Below, piece after piece: positions 37,465 through 48,119 of a stretch of DNA of 64,000 bases. The notes beneath the pieces are model-generated. The model worked only from the letters and a program-made list of their open reading frames with translations. It made no database searches and was not told the origin of the DNA. The DNA lies in NCBI GenBank assembly GCA_963702095.1, contig OY969706.1, forward strand, positions 2,656,001-2,720,000, given 5' to 3'. The stretch comes from Candidatus Bathyarchaeota archaeon. GTDB lineage: Archaea > Thermoproteota > Bathyarchaeia > Bathyarchaeales > Bathycorpusculaceae. Made by a program: the position numbers and the translations under genes. The number at the start of each line of letters is the position of its first letter. Position 1 is the stretch's first letter.

Positions 37465-39014
37465 ATGTCAACAAAATACGACACCATACTTGTCTTAGAC
37501 TTCGGAGGACAATACTGCCACCTAATCGGCAGAAGAATCCGAGAACACGGCGTCTACAGCGAAATCGTCGCCCACGACATATCCCCCGAAGAAGTGGCGG
37601 CTCTAAACCAAAAATACAACGTTAAAGGCTTAATTCTCTCAGGCGGACCCTCAAGCGTGTATGAACCCAACGCGCCCAAACTCCACCCACGCATCTTAGA
37701 AACGGACCTGCCTATGTTGGGCTTATGCTATGGTCATCAGCTTCTGGCACAGCTTGTCAACGGCAAAGTTGAGCCTGCAACCTGCAAAGAATACGGCATA
37801 GCGCAGGTTGACATTGACAAGCCTGTGGGCATCCTTGAGGGTTTGAACATGAAAGAGCAGGTCTGGATGAGCCACGGCGACACCGTCATGGCACCGCCTC
37901 CAGGATTTGAAACCCTCGCCCACACCGACAGTTGCCCCGTCGCAGCATTCCGCCACAAAACCAAACCCATCTACGGCTTACAGTGGCATCCAGAAGTCAT
38001 CCATACCCAAAACGGCATGCGGATGCTTCAAAACTTTATCTTCCAAGTCTGCAAAGCTCGGGCTAACTGGCAGATGGAAGACTTAATCCCCAAAATGGTC
38101 AAAGAAATCCAGACTGAGTCCGCAGGCGGCAGAGCCATAATCGGCCTAAGCGGCGGCATCGACTCAAGCGTCGCCACAGCGTTAGCAGCTAAGGCACTTG
38201 GTGAAAAACTCACCGCCGTCTACGTTGACCACGGCTTCATGAGGGAAGGCGAAACAGAAGCCATCCGAACAGCGTTTGAGAAATTTGATATCCGCTTTAT
38301 CGTTGCCGACGCACAGGAACGCTTCATGAACAGGCTAAGAGGCGTCGTCGAACCAGAAACCAAACGCAAAATCATGGGCGAAGAATTTATCCGTGTCTTC
38401 GAAGAAATCGCCAACGAATCAGGCGCAGAATACCTCATCCAAGGCACCATTTACCCCGACAGAATAGAATCAGGCTTCCGCAAAAACAGCGACAAAATCA
38501 AATCTCACCACAATGTCGCTGGGTTGCCTGAGAAAATCAAGTTCAAAAAAATCCTCGAGCCCCTACGCGACCTCTACAAAGACGAGGTCCGCAAAGTAGC
38601 CCGCATGCTTGAGTTGCCCAAAGAAATCGTTAATCGCCAACCCTTCCCGGGCCTGGCTTAGCAGTCCGCATCATCGGGCCACTAACCGAGGAGAAGGTGA
38701 AGATTGCCAAGACATCCGACAGAATCGTGCGTGAAGAAATCGAACGCTGTGATTTTGTCGAAAGCCTCTGGCAGTACTTTTCAGTGGTCACTGACACCAA
38801 AGCTACAGGCGTTAAGGGTGACGCGCGGGCATATGGTTATGTGGTGGCTGTCCGCGCTATGGAGAGTCGTGAAGCCATGACTGCCAGCTTCGCAAAACTG
38901 CCCTACTCCGTGTTGGAGCGGATTTCGACGAGGATTACAAACGAGATTCCGCAGGTGACACGTGTGGTTTATGATGTTACGCATAAGCCTCCTGCAACAA
39001 TAGAGTGGGAATAA
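37465..39014 (+). CDS. guaA: GMP synthase (fused GATase-ATPPase) with a one-base deletion near 38650
   Basis: DFGGQY, GLCYG.Q, SGGIDS and KSHHN; PFPG(P)GLAVR restored by adding one C; ends KPPATIEWE. Confidence 0.95.
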
Positions 39015-39184
39015 ACCACTAAACCCTTTTTCCAACAGTTAATGAGCGCCTTTTTGACCAATAGGGCGCTACCTCTTAGAAAAACCGTTGACATTTGAAA
39101 CCAATCGGAAAGGTAGGGATTGTTTGTCCATAACTGTTTATATAAAAAAGGGTAAATAGGGTATAGTTATCAAAAGGTGATACT

Positions 39185-40249
39185 GTGAAGGCGTTGATTT
39201 TAGCAGGCGGTTTCGCCACACGGCTGCGACCGCTCAGCTGTGTACGTCCAAAAACTCTTTTTCCAATAGTCAACAAACCCCTGTTACAATGGATTTTCGA
39301 GCGGTTATCAGCGGGCGGCGTAGACGAAGCCATACTTGCAGTCAACGCATTAACCCAGTTCTACATACGGCAGCATAAACCGCCCAAATGCGGTTTAAAA
39401 GTCCGTTTCTCCATCGACCCGCCTAAAATGCCGCTGGGCACCGCCGGTCCCATAAAGAAGGCGGAGAAACTCATCGGACACACCGAACCCTTCATCGCAT
39501 TAAACGGCGACATCTTCGCAGACATAGACTACAAGAAACTCATAGAAACACACAAAAAAACAAACGCCCTAGCCACCATCGCACTCTGCAAGGTTGAGGA
39601 CCCCTCCAGCTTCGGCGTCGCGGAATGCAACGGCAACATAATCAAACGCTTTATAGAAAAACCGCCCAAAGGCACAGCGCCAAGCAACCTCATAAACGCA
39701 GGCGCCTACGTGCTAGACCCTGAAGTTTTCAACTATATCCCCGAGGGCAAAGGGGTCTCGATTGAGCGCGAAGTCTTTCCAAAGTTGGCGTCGGAAGGGC
39801 GTCTCGGTGGCTTCTGTATGGAGGGATTGTGGATGGACATCGGTAAACCCCAAGAGTACCTAGAGACTAACAAAATCATTCTTGACTTCATCGCCGACAC
39901 ATTAGAGAAGCCGCATGCAGGCAACTACGTGTTAAACGAGCCAGTCGCCTTCGACGTCGGTGTCTCTGTGGGCGAACAATCCACTGTTGGGCCCTATGCT
40001 ATTTTGGGTAAAAACGTCAAAGTAGGAAAAAACGTTCGTATCAACAACTCGGTGGTCTTTGCGGAGGCAGTAATCGGCGACGGCGCAACCCTAAACGGAG
40101 CCATCGTCGGAGAAGCCGCGCACATAGGCAAAAACGTCAAGTTAGGCGAAGGCTGCATAATCGGCGACCTAGCTAAAATCCGAGACAACGTTCACCTGAA
40201 TGATAGTTCAACGGTATGTCCAGCTAAAGAGGTTTCTGAAAAGTTTTAA
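39185..40249 (+). CDS. NDP-sugar pyrophosphorylase (mannose-1-phosphate guanylyltransferase-like)
   Basis: LAGGFATRLRPL...PK, LGTAG, FIEKP, WMDIG; hexapeptide tail. Confidence 0.9.
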   Translation: MKALILAGGFATRLRPLSCVRPKTLFPIVNKPLLQWIFERLSAGGVDEAILAVNALTQFYIRQHKPPKCGLKVRFSIDPPKMPLGTAGPIKKAEKLIGHTEPFIALNGDIFADIDYKKLIETHKKTNALATIALCKVEDPSSFGVAECNGNIIKRFIEKPPKGTAPSNLINAGAYVLDPEVFNYIPEGKGVSIEREVFPKLASEGRLGGFCMEGLWMDIGKPQEYLETNKIILDFIADTLEKPHAGNYVLNEPVAFDVGVSVGEQSTVGPYAILGKNVKVGKNVRINNSVVFAEAVIGDGATLNGAIVGEAAHIGKNVKLGEGCIIGDLAKIRDNVHLNDSSTVCPAKEVSEKF

Positions 40250-40297
40250 AACCCCAAGTCAACTGTTTAATACTACACAAGTCGAGTTGATGATTAC

Positions 40298-41668
40298 ATG
40301 AGTACAGGAAAGCTTTTTGGAACAAACGGCGTCCGAGGCCTAGTCAATGTTGAGTTGACGCCTGAAATGGCCATTAAAATCGGAGCGGCTATCGGAACTT
40401 TTTTTGGAAAAAACAAAAACCTGCTCTTGGGTCATGATGCCCGCACCAGCGGCCCCATGTTCTCCAGAGCAGTCATATCCGGCTTAACCGCCACAGGATG
40501 CAACGTTTACTTCGCGGGTATGGCGTCTACGCCTGCGTTGCAGTTTGCCACTAAAAACCACAAGATGGACGGCGGAGTCCTCATCACCGCATCCCATAAC
40601 CCCGCGGAGTACAATGGCATCAAAGTAATCTGGAACGACGGCATCGAAACCAGCCACGAACAGGAAACACAGATCGAAGACATCTACTTCAACAGCAAAA
40701 TCGTCTACGCAGAGTGGGACAAACTCGGCACAGTGCATGAGTTGCCGGGGATCAACGACGAATACAAAGACGCAATAAAAGACCACATCGACCCAGAAAA
40801 AATCGCTTCCAAACACTACCATGTGCTCGTAGATGCAGCCAACAGTGTCGGGGGAATCGCTTTGCCGCCGTTGCTGCGGGAACTGGGCTGCAAAGTCACA
40901 ACCTTAAACGCCAACATCGACGGCACCTTCCCAGGCAGACCGCCTGAACCCAGACCAGAGAACTTGGGCGACTTATCCGCGACGGTGAAAGCTGTCGGCG
41001 CAGACATGGGTGTTGCCTTCGACGGAGACGCAGACCGCTCCATATTCGCAGACGCCAACGGCACCATCTACTGGGGCGACAAAACGTTTGCCATAGTCAT
41101 CAAACAGTACCTGCTCAAGAATCCGGGCGCAAAAATTGTTACACCAGTAAGCAGCTCCACCCTAATCAAGGATACGGTTGAGGCTTACGGGGGCGAGTTA
41201 ACCTGGACAAAAGTTGGCAGCGTCACAGTTTCACAGAAGATGAAGGAAATCGGCGCGAAGTTGGGCGGGGAAGAGAACGGCGGCATCTTTTACGGTCCCC
41301 ACCAAGCAGTCCGAGACGGCGCCATGACCACCGCACTGCTACTCAACATCATGGCAGACACCGGGAAATCATTGACTGAACTCGTCGCTGAGGAACCACA
41401 ATACTTCATCGAGAAGGGCAAAGTCGAGTGCCCCAACGGCAAAAAAGATGCGCTGCAACAGAAAATCTATGAGCAAGTCAAAAACGAAAACGTCAGCACC
41501 ATAGACGGCGTGAAAATCTGGTTCAAAGACAGCAGTGCAATTCTAATTCGCCCAAGCGGCACAGAACCGGTTTTTCGGTTGTATGCTGAAGCCAAAGACG
41601 AGAAGACAGCGCTTAATCTGGTGGAAACCTACAGTTCAAAGCTAGAACAAATATTAGCGACAATCTAG
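40298..41668 (+). CDS. glmM: Phosphoglucosamine mutase / phosphomannomutase
   Basis: FGTNGVRG, TASHNP, DGDADR, GEENG and RPSGTEP. Confidence 0.9.
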   Translation: MSTGKLFGTNGVRGLVNVELTPEMAIKIGAAIGTFFGKNKNLLLGHDARTSGPMFSRAVISGLTATGCNVYFAGMASTPALQFATKNHKMDGGVLITASHNPAEYNGIKVIWNDGIETSHEQETQIEDIYFNSKIVYAEWDKLGTVHELPGINDEYKDAIKDHIDPEKIASKHYHVLVDAANSVGGIALPPLLRELGCKVTTLNANIDGTFPGRPPEPRPENLGDLSATVKAVGADMGVAFDGDADRSIFADANGTIYWGDKTFAIVIKQYLLKNPGAKIVTPVSSSTLIKDTVEAYGGELTWTKVGSVTVSQKMKEIGAKLGGEENGGIFYGPHQAVRDGAMTTALLLNIMADTGKSLTELVAEEPQYFIEKGKVECPNGKKDALQQKIYEQVKNENVSTIDGVKIWFKDSSAILIRPSGTEPVFRLYAEAKDEKTALNLVETYSSKLEQILATI

Positions 41669-41682
41669 GAACACAATAGCCA

Positions 41683-43018
41683 ATGACAGCCTCAATATCC
41701 ACAATTTTACACGTTACTCCCCAAGAGGTTGATACCAGCGAGAAACGCTCAAAATACACTGTGGCGGTTGTCGGCTGCGGGCATAAAGGGATTTTTTTTG
41801 CAAACGCTTTCGCAGACGCCGGTTTTAGGGTAGTTTGCACAGATGCAGATGCAAGTGTGGTAAAGAAGGTGGCGAAGGGAAAAACTGTGTTTGCCATGCC
41901 TCAAGCTGAAGCTAAACTTAAAAGCCACCTAAACACTGACAGAATAGTTGTTGTGGGTGAACTCAAAAAAGCAGTTGCCCCAAGCGACGTCGTAGTTTTA
42001 GCCATTACTGCGAAGGTTGATGAACAGAAAAAAAACGACGACAACGGCTTAGGCGGCACCTGCAAACAGATCGGGGCAGCTCTGAGGCAGGGTGCACTGG
42101 TTATTTACGGCGGCATATCGGGTTTTGGCTTCACCGAGGGAACCCTCAAAGAATTGCTGGAAAACACCTCCGGGTTTAAAGTAGGTCAAGATTACGGTTT
42201 AGCATACAACCCACTGCTAAGCACTGATAAATCGATGGAGAGTTTAGAGTTAACTGTCGCCGCAGACGACCAAACAAGCCTACAAGCCGCATCCACCATA
42301 CTAAAAACCCTAGCAAACCATGTCAAAGAAGTAATGGACATAAAAACTGTTGAAGCAGCAACCCTATTTGACATAGCAAAACAAGACGCAGAAACAGCCT
42401 TGACCAATGAGTTGGCGGTTTTCTGTGAGGCAGCAGGCTTAGATTACTTCAAAGTCCTCGACGTTCTCAACATCAACGCATCGGACTTTAGACCAAGCGT
42501 TGTCGAGCAAGCAAACGCAGACGAAGCTTACTTTTTGCTTGAAAGCGCCGAAAACTTGAATGCAAAGCTGAGGCTGCCTACGTTGGCTAGGCAAATCAAT
42601 GAGGACATGACTAAGCATGCGGTGAACTTGATGGCGGATGCGTTGAAGAGCTGTAACAAGACGCTTAGGCGTGGTAGAATTGCGCTTTTGGGTCCAGCCA
42701 CCCCCGCTGCAGGCGGCTTGGTTCGGTTGCTCGAGCAGAAGGGTGCCAAAGTAGTCCTCTGCGACCCAGCTGCAAAAAAGGAAGCCCTAGAAGGGGTCAC
42801 AGTAAGAGGCCAGCCTCAACGAATCTGTGGAGGGTACCGACTGCATTGTGGTTCTGTCACCTCAGCTGCCATTTAACAATTTTAACCTCAAAAAACTTAG
42901 AGCTCTAATGAAGGCTCCTGCTGTACTGGTGGATTTGGCAGGTGCATTTGAGCCAAAAACAGTCCGTACAGAAGGATTCTTATACTTTGGGCTGGGAAGA
43001 GGAAATGATGAGAAATGA
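41683..43018 (+). CDS. UDP-sugar 6-dehydrogenase (WecC/WbpA-like) homologue with degenerate active site and a frameshift near 42800
   Basis: Rossmann GCGHKG, ALTNELA..CE..G.D, ARQINE.M; C-terminus SLNESVEGTD..V...YFGLGRG lies in the +1 frame. Confidence 0.75.
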
Positions 43019-43965
43019 CTAAACTAGGCGTAGCGGTAATTGGAACGGGTCAGTGGGGCAAAAACCACGCAAGAGTCTACAAAGAACTCCCCTCAACTGA
43101 GCTTGTTGCGGTGTGCGACGTTAACGCTGAACGCGCCAAAGCGATGGCTGACCAATACGGAGTCAAAGACTACACTGACAGCCTAGAGATGCTAAAAGAC
43201 AAAGACATCCAAGCAGTCAACGTCTGCACATGGTCCACGATCCTATATCAGGAAGCCATGAAAGTGCTCAACGCAGGCAGACACGCCCTAGTAGAAAAAC
43301 CCATGTCTACAACCCCAGAGCAGGCACGTCAACTAGTAAAAACCGCCCAAGAAAATGGACTACACTTAACTGTGGGGTTCTTGATGCGCTTTATCCCAGG
43401 ACTCCAACTAATACGTCAATCAGTAGAGAACAAAAAAATCGGCGAGTTAGTCAGCATCACTGCCAAACGTGTTTCTCAGTGGCCTGAACGCATTGGCGAT
43501 GTTGGAGTTGTAAAAGACACGGCTATACATGACATAGATGTGATGAGATTTATTTCCAAACAAGACCCAGTTTCAGTCTACGCTAAAATGGGTAGCAAAC
43601 GTATCCAGAAATTCGAGGACTATGCCCAAATTATGCTAACGTATTATAATGGCGAGACAGCATTCATTGAATCCAACTGGCTGACACCGTATAAGACACG
43701 TACCCTCATCGCTACAGGAACCGAAGCCATCATGCGCCTAGACTACAACACACAGGACTTCTGGATAGAAGAGAAAACTCAAACTGTCCAGCCACGCCTC
43801 CCCTTCCAAGAACCCCTAAAAGCAGAGCTTCAGCACTTCGTAGATTGCATCACCAAAAAAGAGAAACCCATTGTGACAGGCGAAGACGGCGTCAAAGCCT
43901 TAGAAGTAGCTACTGCTGCCATACAGTCAAGCGCCAAAAACACTTCGATACAGCTAAAAAATTAA
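43015..43965 (+). CDS. Gfo/Idh/MocA oxidoreductase (UDP-GlcNAc(A) 3-dehydrogenase-like)
   Basis: IGTG.WG.NH, VEKP and D..IHD.D. Confidence 0.88.
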   Translation: MTKLGVAVIGTGQWGKNHARVYKELPSTELVAVCDVNAERAKAMADQYGVKDYTDSLEMLKDKDIQAVNVCTWSTILYQEAMKVLNAGRHALVEKPMSTTPEQARQLVKTAQENGLHLTVGFLMRFIPGLQLIRQSVENKKIGELVSITAKRVSQWPERIGDVGVVKDTAIHDIDVMRFISKQDPVSVYAKMGSKRIQKFEDYAQIMLTYYNGETAFIESNWLTPYKTRTLIATGTEAIMRLDYNTQDFWIEEKTQTVQPRLPFQEPLKAELQHFVDCITKKEKPIVTGEDGVKALEVATAAIQSSAKNTSIQLKN

Positions 43966-43968
43966 AGA

Positions 43969-44238
43969 TTATTTTAGGTTGAAGGGCTTGCCTTCAGAAA
44001 CAGTTTTCTGAGGAGCTTTTTCCTTCCATTTCTTTAGAAAGGGCAAGTCATCTGCTTCTTTTCGGAGTTCATCGGGCAGCATTTCGGGGATTTCGTCTCG
44101 GATGGGGTACCAGCGGTTGCATTTGGGGCAAACGATTAAGCCCTCTACAATTTCGTTTTTTTCCTCGAAAACATGCAGTTCAAGAGGGTGGTACTTGTCG
44201 ATGGGGCAAGCGAGGATTTCCATGAGTTTACGTTTCAT
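43969..44238 (-). CDS. Trm112-family methyltransferase activator
   Basis: LMEILACP.DK..L...EG.I.C..C.RWYPI.D.IP.MLPD. Confidence 0.88.
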   Translation of the reverse strand: MKRKLMEILACPIDKYHPLELHVFEEKNEIVEGLIVCPKCNRWYPIRDEIPEMLPDELRKEADDLPFLKKWKEKAPQKTVSEGKPFNLK

Positions 44239-44275
44239 TCGGATTCCACAGAAATAATAGGTAGCGCTTTGGCTA

Positions 44276-45139
44276 TTAAAACTTGTCAGGAGAAGCGGCG
44301 ACTTGTATGTCGAGCACTGTTTGGTACCAGTTTGGACCCGTAGGCCGCATAACCCTTGAAGAGGCAAACATGTAGTGAACGCCTAAACTGTCAAGTTTAG
44401 CGGCGACTTTCTGCTCCGTCTTCTCTCGGGGGTCCTCTTTACCGGGGGCATGTTCAAAGTCGTAGTAATGTATCCATCCGCCTGTTTTTTTGAGCGCAGA
44501 CAACGCCGTGGGCAGATATTGGAGGGCTTTCTCTGGCAGCGGCATCAACACGCGGTCAGCGATGCCCCGAAGCCGTGTTTCCACGATTTCTTTGGAGTCA
44601 CCTAATATGGGAACTACTCTGCCGTAGACGCGGTTAAGCCGTACATTTTCAACCATAAATTGGTATGCGACGGGGTTAATGTCAATGGAGTAAACCTTGG
44701 TTTGAGGCGTGGTCTTGGCGATGATTATGCTAAAGCAGCCGATGCCGGCAAACATGTTCACCACTACTTCTCCGGGCGAAACCTGTGTGGCGATGCGGAG
44801 GTGCTCGTGACTGAGCCTTGGAGAAAAATAGCATTTTTCCACATCCACCGAGAAGACGCAGCCGGCTTCCTTATGCTTGGTTTCGGCTATGTTTTGGCCT
44901 GCCAGCAGGGTTAGTTGTCGGGTGCGGTGGCTGCCTTTGACTGGGCTGGTTTGGGAGTAGACGGCTCTGATTTTTTTGTGGGTTGCCATGATCTGGTTTG
45001 CCACGGTTTGGGCGTCGGCTGGGTTGTCGGGGGCTTTTATGATGGCTATGTCGCCGACTAAGTCGAAGGAACTGTAAACTTTCTCTAAGCCATCTTTTGA
45101 GAGTTGGTTTGAGAGTTTCTTTTTGAGTCGTACTCTCAA
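44276..45139 (-). CDS. Trm5/Taw2 (Met-10+) family tRNA-modifying SAM enzyme
   Basis: FD.VGDIA, YFSPRL..E, MFAG.G.F, DINP and DRV.MPLP. Confidence 0.88.
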   Translation of the reverse strand: MRVRLKKKLSNQLSKDGLEKVYSSFDLVGDIAIIKAPDNPADAQTVANQIMATHKKIRAVYSQTSPVKGSHRTRQLTLLAGQNIAETKHKEAGCVFSVDVEKCYFSPRLSHEHLRIATQVSPGEVVVNMFAGIGCFSIIIAKTTPQTKVYSIDINPVAYQFMVENVRLNRVYGRVVPILGDSKEIVETRLRGIADRVLMPLPEKALQYLPTALSALKKTGGWIHYYDFEHAPGKEDPREKTEQKVAAKLDSLGVHYMFASSRVMRPTGPNWYQTVLDIQVAASPDKF

Positions 45140-45217
45140 CTGTATATCCTCATTGTTGTAAGATATTGGAAATGTTTAAAAGTAAAATGCTTTTCTTTGT
45201 AGGGCAGGCGTTTCCAA

Positions 45218-45379
45218 ATGGAAAAATCAGGAATTGTTTATGAATGCATGAGATGCGGTTCACGTGTGCCCTCTGAAGAGTTAGAGCTCCGAGGCGGAGA
45301 AACCAAATGCATCATCTGCGGCTACCGCATCCTCAAAAAAGTTAAGCCGCCAGTAGTTAAACGGGTACAGGCGAAATAA
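45218..45379 (+). CDS. rpoP: RNA polymerase subunit P (Rpo12), not in the ORF track
   Basis: 53 aa MEKSGIVYECMRCG...KCIICGYRILKKVKPPVVKRVQAK. Confidence 0.93.
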   Translation: MEKSGIVYECMRCGSRVPSEELELRGGETKCIICGYRILKKVKPPVVKRVQAK

Positions 45380-45390
45380 GAATGGGAATA

Positions 45391-45432
45391 CTCGTGCCTT
45401 GCACGAGCACTATTTTGTTTTTATTTATTTTT
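45391..45432. terminator. Hairpin plus T-tract between convergent genes
   Basis: CTCGTGC-CTT-GCACGAG followed by long T runs. Confidence 0.45.
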
Positions 45433-45731
45433 TAATAGTAGTCTTGGTCTCCAAGTTTACGCAGAGCTTTACCTTTCAGTTTAACGGCTGATTGGTCTTC
45501 TTCGTAGAATTCGTCGTCGAAGTCCTTTTCCACGGTTTTCCGCTTAACGGTTTCACCGCAGATTGCGCCGGGCAACATACGCCTCTTAAAACACATGGCG
45601 TACATGCATTTAGCGACGCTGCAAGGTTCTTCTCCGTCTCTGCACCAAACTGAATCTCGCCTAAAGATAGCGGCATTTTTACCGCATTTGAAGCTTTGAC
45701 ATGTCGGAGAACAAGCTTTTGTTTGAGCCAA
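45432..45731 (-). CDS. Cys-rich hypothetical protein
   Basis: Eight Cys in the N-terminal two-thirds, acidic tail. Confidence 0.65.
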   Translation of the reverse strand: MAQTKACSPTCQSFKCGKNAAIFRRDSVWCRDGEEPCSVAKCMYAMCFKRRMLPGAICGETVKRKTVEKDFDDEFYEEDQSAVKLKGKALRKLGDQDYY

Positions 45732-45840
45732 CAGATTACACCCCAGTGTTAATCAAAATCTTTGTTGTTTGTGTGTACTTCCTGTTTTTCTCTATGTTCG
45801 TTGAAAGCCATATAAACTTTGTTCTTTTCAAGGGTGAATT

Positions 45841-47907
45841 CTAAGTCGTGTTTTCAACTGCACTTTTAGCTCTTCTTCGCAGGAAAACCTCGACCAATGC
45901 AAAGAGGATGATCCCAACAAGCACTACTATGATTGTTATGAGGGCACTTGCTGAGAGCAGCATTCCTCCAAGTGAAATGTATTTGTCGATTTTCACTTCA
46001 ACAGTAGCGGGTTGGTTAACGCTGAAAGTCATTGATTGCGAGGCATCAGGGTTTCCCTGGGCTTGAGCGATTATTTGCATGTTTCCACCGATGATGTTGT
46101 TGAAGGTTGCTACTCCGTTGCCCCCCGTGGTAGCTGAAGTCGATGCGGGTCCATTGAGGGTAACCTTGACGTTGGGTATGGGCGAGCCAAACAGGTCCAC
46201 AACTGATACGGTTAATTGGATGCCGTAGAGGGTGCATTGAATCTGTTTTTGGGTATCAACGAAAACCTCGACGTTGGTTTCGTTGATCAATGCGTTTCCC
46301 TCGTAAACTCGAATGCGGTAAACACCAAACGTTACATGCGTCGATACAGTGCCTGAGTTGTCTGTTGTTGAAGAATAGAAAAGTCCGTTTGTGAGCTCCA
46401 CTAGCTCAACTCGTGCATCGGGGATTGCTTCATGATTGTACCCAGTGATGCCTAGTGTCAGGTTTTCGCTTGGGCAAATAATTGTGACTTGCGGGTGGGC
46501 AACGTTTGGAAGGTTGCTAAAGGTGTTGTTGTAGGAGTTGAAGATTTGACCATGGACCGACGCATCTACCCTGTAGGTGGCGCCTGCTAGGGTTGAAGCT
46601 AAAATGTAGGTGCCTGAGGCATCTGTTTGCCCAGACGAGTTGCCGTTTTTGGATACGCTACCGCTTTGCAGATTAAATTTTATGCTTAAGTCGACAAAGG
46701 GTATGCCTACGCCGTCGGCGTTTTTGACGGCGATTGCTGTGTCGGTTAATTGGCAGGTAAGGGTGAAGCTTCCCTCGCCGGTAACAGTTATGTTTGCCGC
46801 CCCCACGACTACACTGTTTACGAGGGCAGTTAAACCATAAGCGCCCTTTTCAAGTTTAAAGGAGGCTAATCCATTTTCGTCTGAAACAGCAGTGGTTGTT
46901 GTACCGCTTGAGTCTTCTGAGGCTTGCACAGTAACGTCTGGGACAGCTTGACCTGACAGATTGTTCACTTGAACATCCACGGCATATCCCTCAACCGTAA
47001 AAGTTTGCTGATCCTGCACTGCCTTCTGCGTGCCTTCAGGAGTTATTTTTGCGGTGCAATCGCCGATTGGTGCGCTGTCTACAACCACCCATGTTGTGCT
47101 GATTACGCCGTCTGCTGATGCAGTGACTTGTTTGGTGTCGAGGGTTGTGCTGCCGCTGGTGAAGGTTATGGATGCGGCTTGGTTGGCTTGATAGCCTGTC
47201 GCGTGGACTGTTACAGTTTGCCCTCTATGGTAGGAGATAGAGTCTAATATGTCAACGGAAAACTGGCTCTTAGCTAGCGTATCGTTGAATTTCAACGAAT
47301 AAGTGCCAGCGTACTCAGTTGAAGCGCCGGAGGGCGAAAAGCCGCTGCTTGGATAGGTCACTTGTCCGCTTGCTGTTCCCTTTAGGGTAGGAACGCCCAA
47401 GTCAACGATGGCAGCGTAGGTAGTGCCGCTTGGCGAAGTGACTGCTATTTTTGCGGCGTAGTCAAGACCGGGTTGACCACCAGTTACTGCCGCGTTGATT
47501 TTGATGCTGCCTCCTTCCTGCACTGACGATTGGGCTGCAGCTATATTGTAGCCTATTGAAACCGAGAATTGATCGCCAGTTGAGTTAATGTTCTGAGCGA
47601 CATCTCTTAGTTTAAGTGCATATGATCCTGCCGCCGTCTCGGGAACGGTAAAGTTGGCGTTGACATAGTAACTGTCTGATGATCCGCTTGCAACAACGTT
47701 CTTTCCGAAGATAACTTGGTATGAGGAGTTGGCGCTGAGGATGGTGCCTTGAACAGTCACGGTTGACCCAGCGGGTGCGCTTCCAGAAGTAGGGGTTACC
47801 GTGACGATGCTTACAGCCGGGGTACTCTGAGGTGTACCCATGGGGGCTGTAGCCGCGGCAAAAGCCACAATGAAGAGGATGGTGACTGCGGCAATCTTCT
47901 TGTCCAA
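45841..47907 (-). CDS. Cell-surface protein with carboxypeptidase-regulatory-like/prealbumin repeats and C-terminal membrane anchor
   Basis: Signal peptide; repeated V.V....G..(I/V)P...V......(T/S)D..G units; C-terminal TM plus RRR. Confidence 0.8.
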   Translation of the reverse strand: MDKKIAAVTILFIVAFAAATAPMGTPQSTPAVSIVTVTPTSGSAPAGSTVTVQGTILSANSSYQVIFGKNVVASGSSDSYYVNANFTVPETAAGSYALKLRDVAQNINSTGDQFSVSIGYNIAAAQSSVQEGGSIKINAAVTGGQPGLDYAAKIAVTSPSGTTYAAIVDLGVPTLKGTASGQVTYPSSGFSPSGASTEYAGTYSLKFNDTLAKSQFSVDILDSISYHRGQTVTVHATGYQANQAASITFTSGSTTLDTKQVTASADGVISTTWVVVDSAPIGDCTAKITPEGTQKAVQDQQTFTVEGYAVDVQVNNLSGQAVPDVTVQASEDSSGTTTTAVSDENGLASFKLEKGAYGLTALVNSVVVGAANITVTGEGSFTLTCQLTDTAIAVKNADGVGIPFVDLSIKFNLQSGSVSKNGNSSGQTDASGTYILASTLAGATYRVDASVHGQIFNSYNNTFSNLPNVAHPQVTIICPSENLTLGITGYNHEAIPDARVELVELTNGLFYSSTTDNSGTVSTHVTFGVYRIRVYEGNALINETNVEVFVDTQKQIQCTLYGIQLTVSVVDLFGSPIPNVKVTLNGPASTSATTGGNGVATFNNIIGGNMQIIAQAQGNPDASQSMTFSVNQPATVEVKIDKYISLGGMLLSASALITIIVVLVGIILFALVEVFLRRRAKSAVENTT

Positions 47908-48119
47908 CGTTTAGGTCTCTCTCCCGAACTAAGTAGCCATAAAGCTCAATACTGATGTTTAGACAAAGAGGGGATTTTAAACCTTTACCTTAATCGTTCA
48001 CCCTGCCGCCCAGCGCATACGCTACAGCTCAGGTGATAATGTGGTGCAGAAAGCTTTTGTGGCATAGGGATTTTAAAGACAGCAGTTTCTTAATCATACA
48101 AAACTTCGGTGCACAACTC

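Noticed and set aside
38697-39014. Separate 105-aa GMP synthase C-terminal gene
   Set aside because: The break falls within the conserved PFPGPGL motif, not at the natural GATase/ATPPase split; treated as a frameshift.
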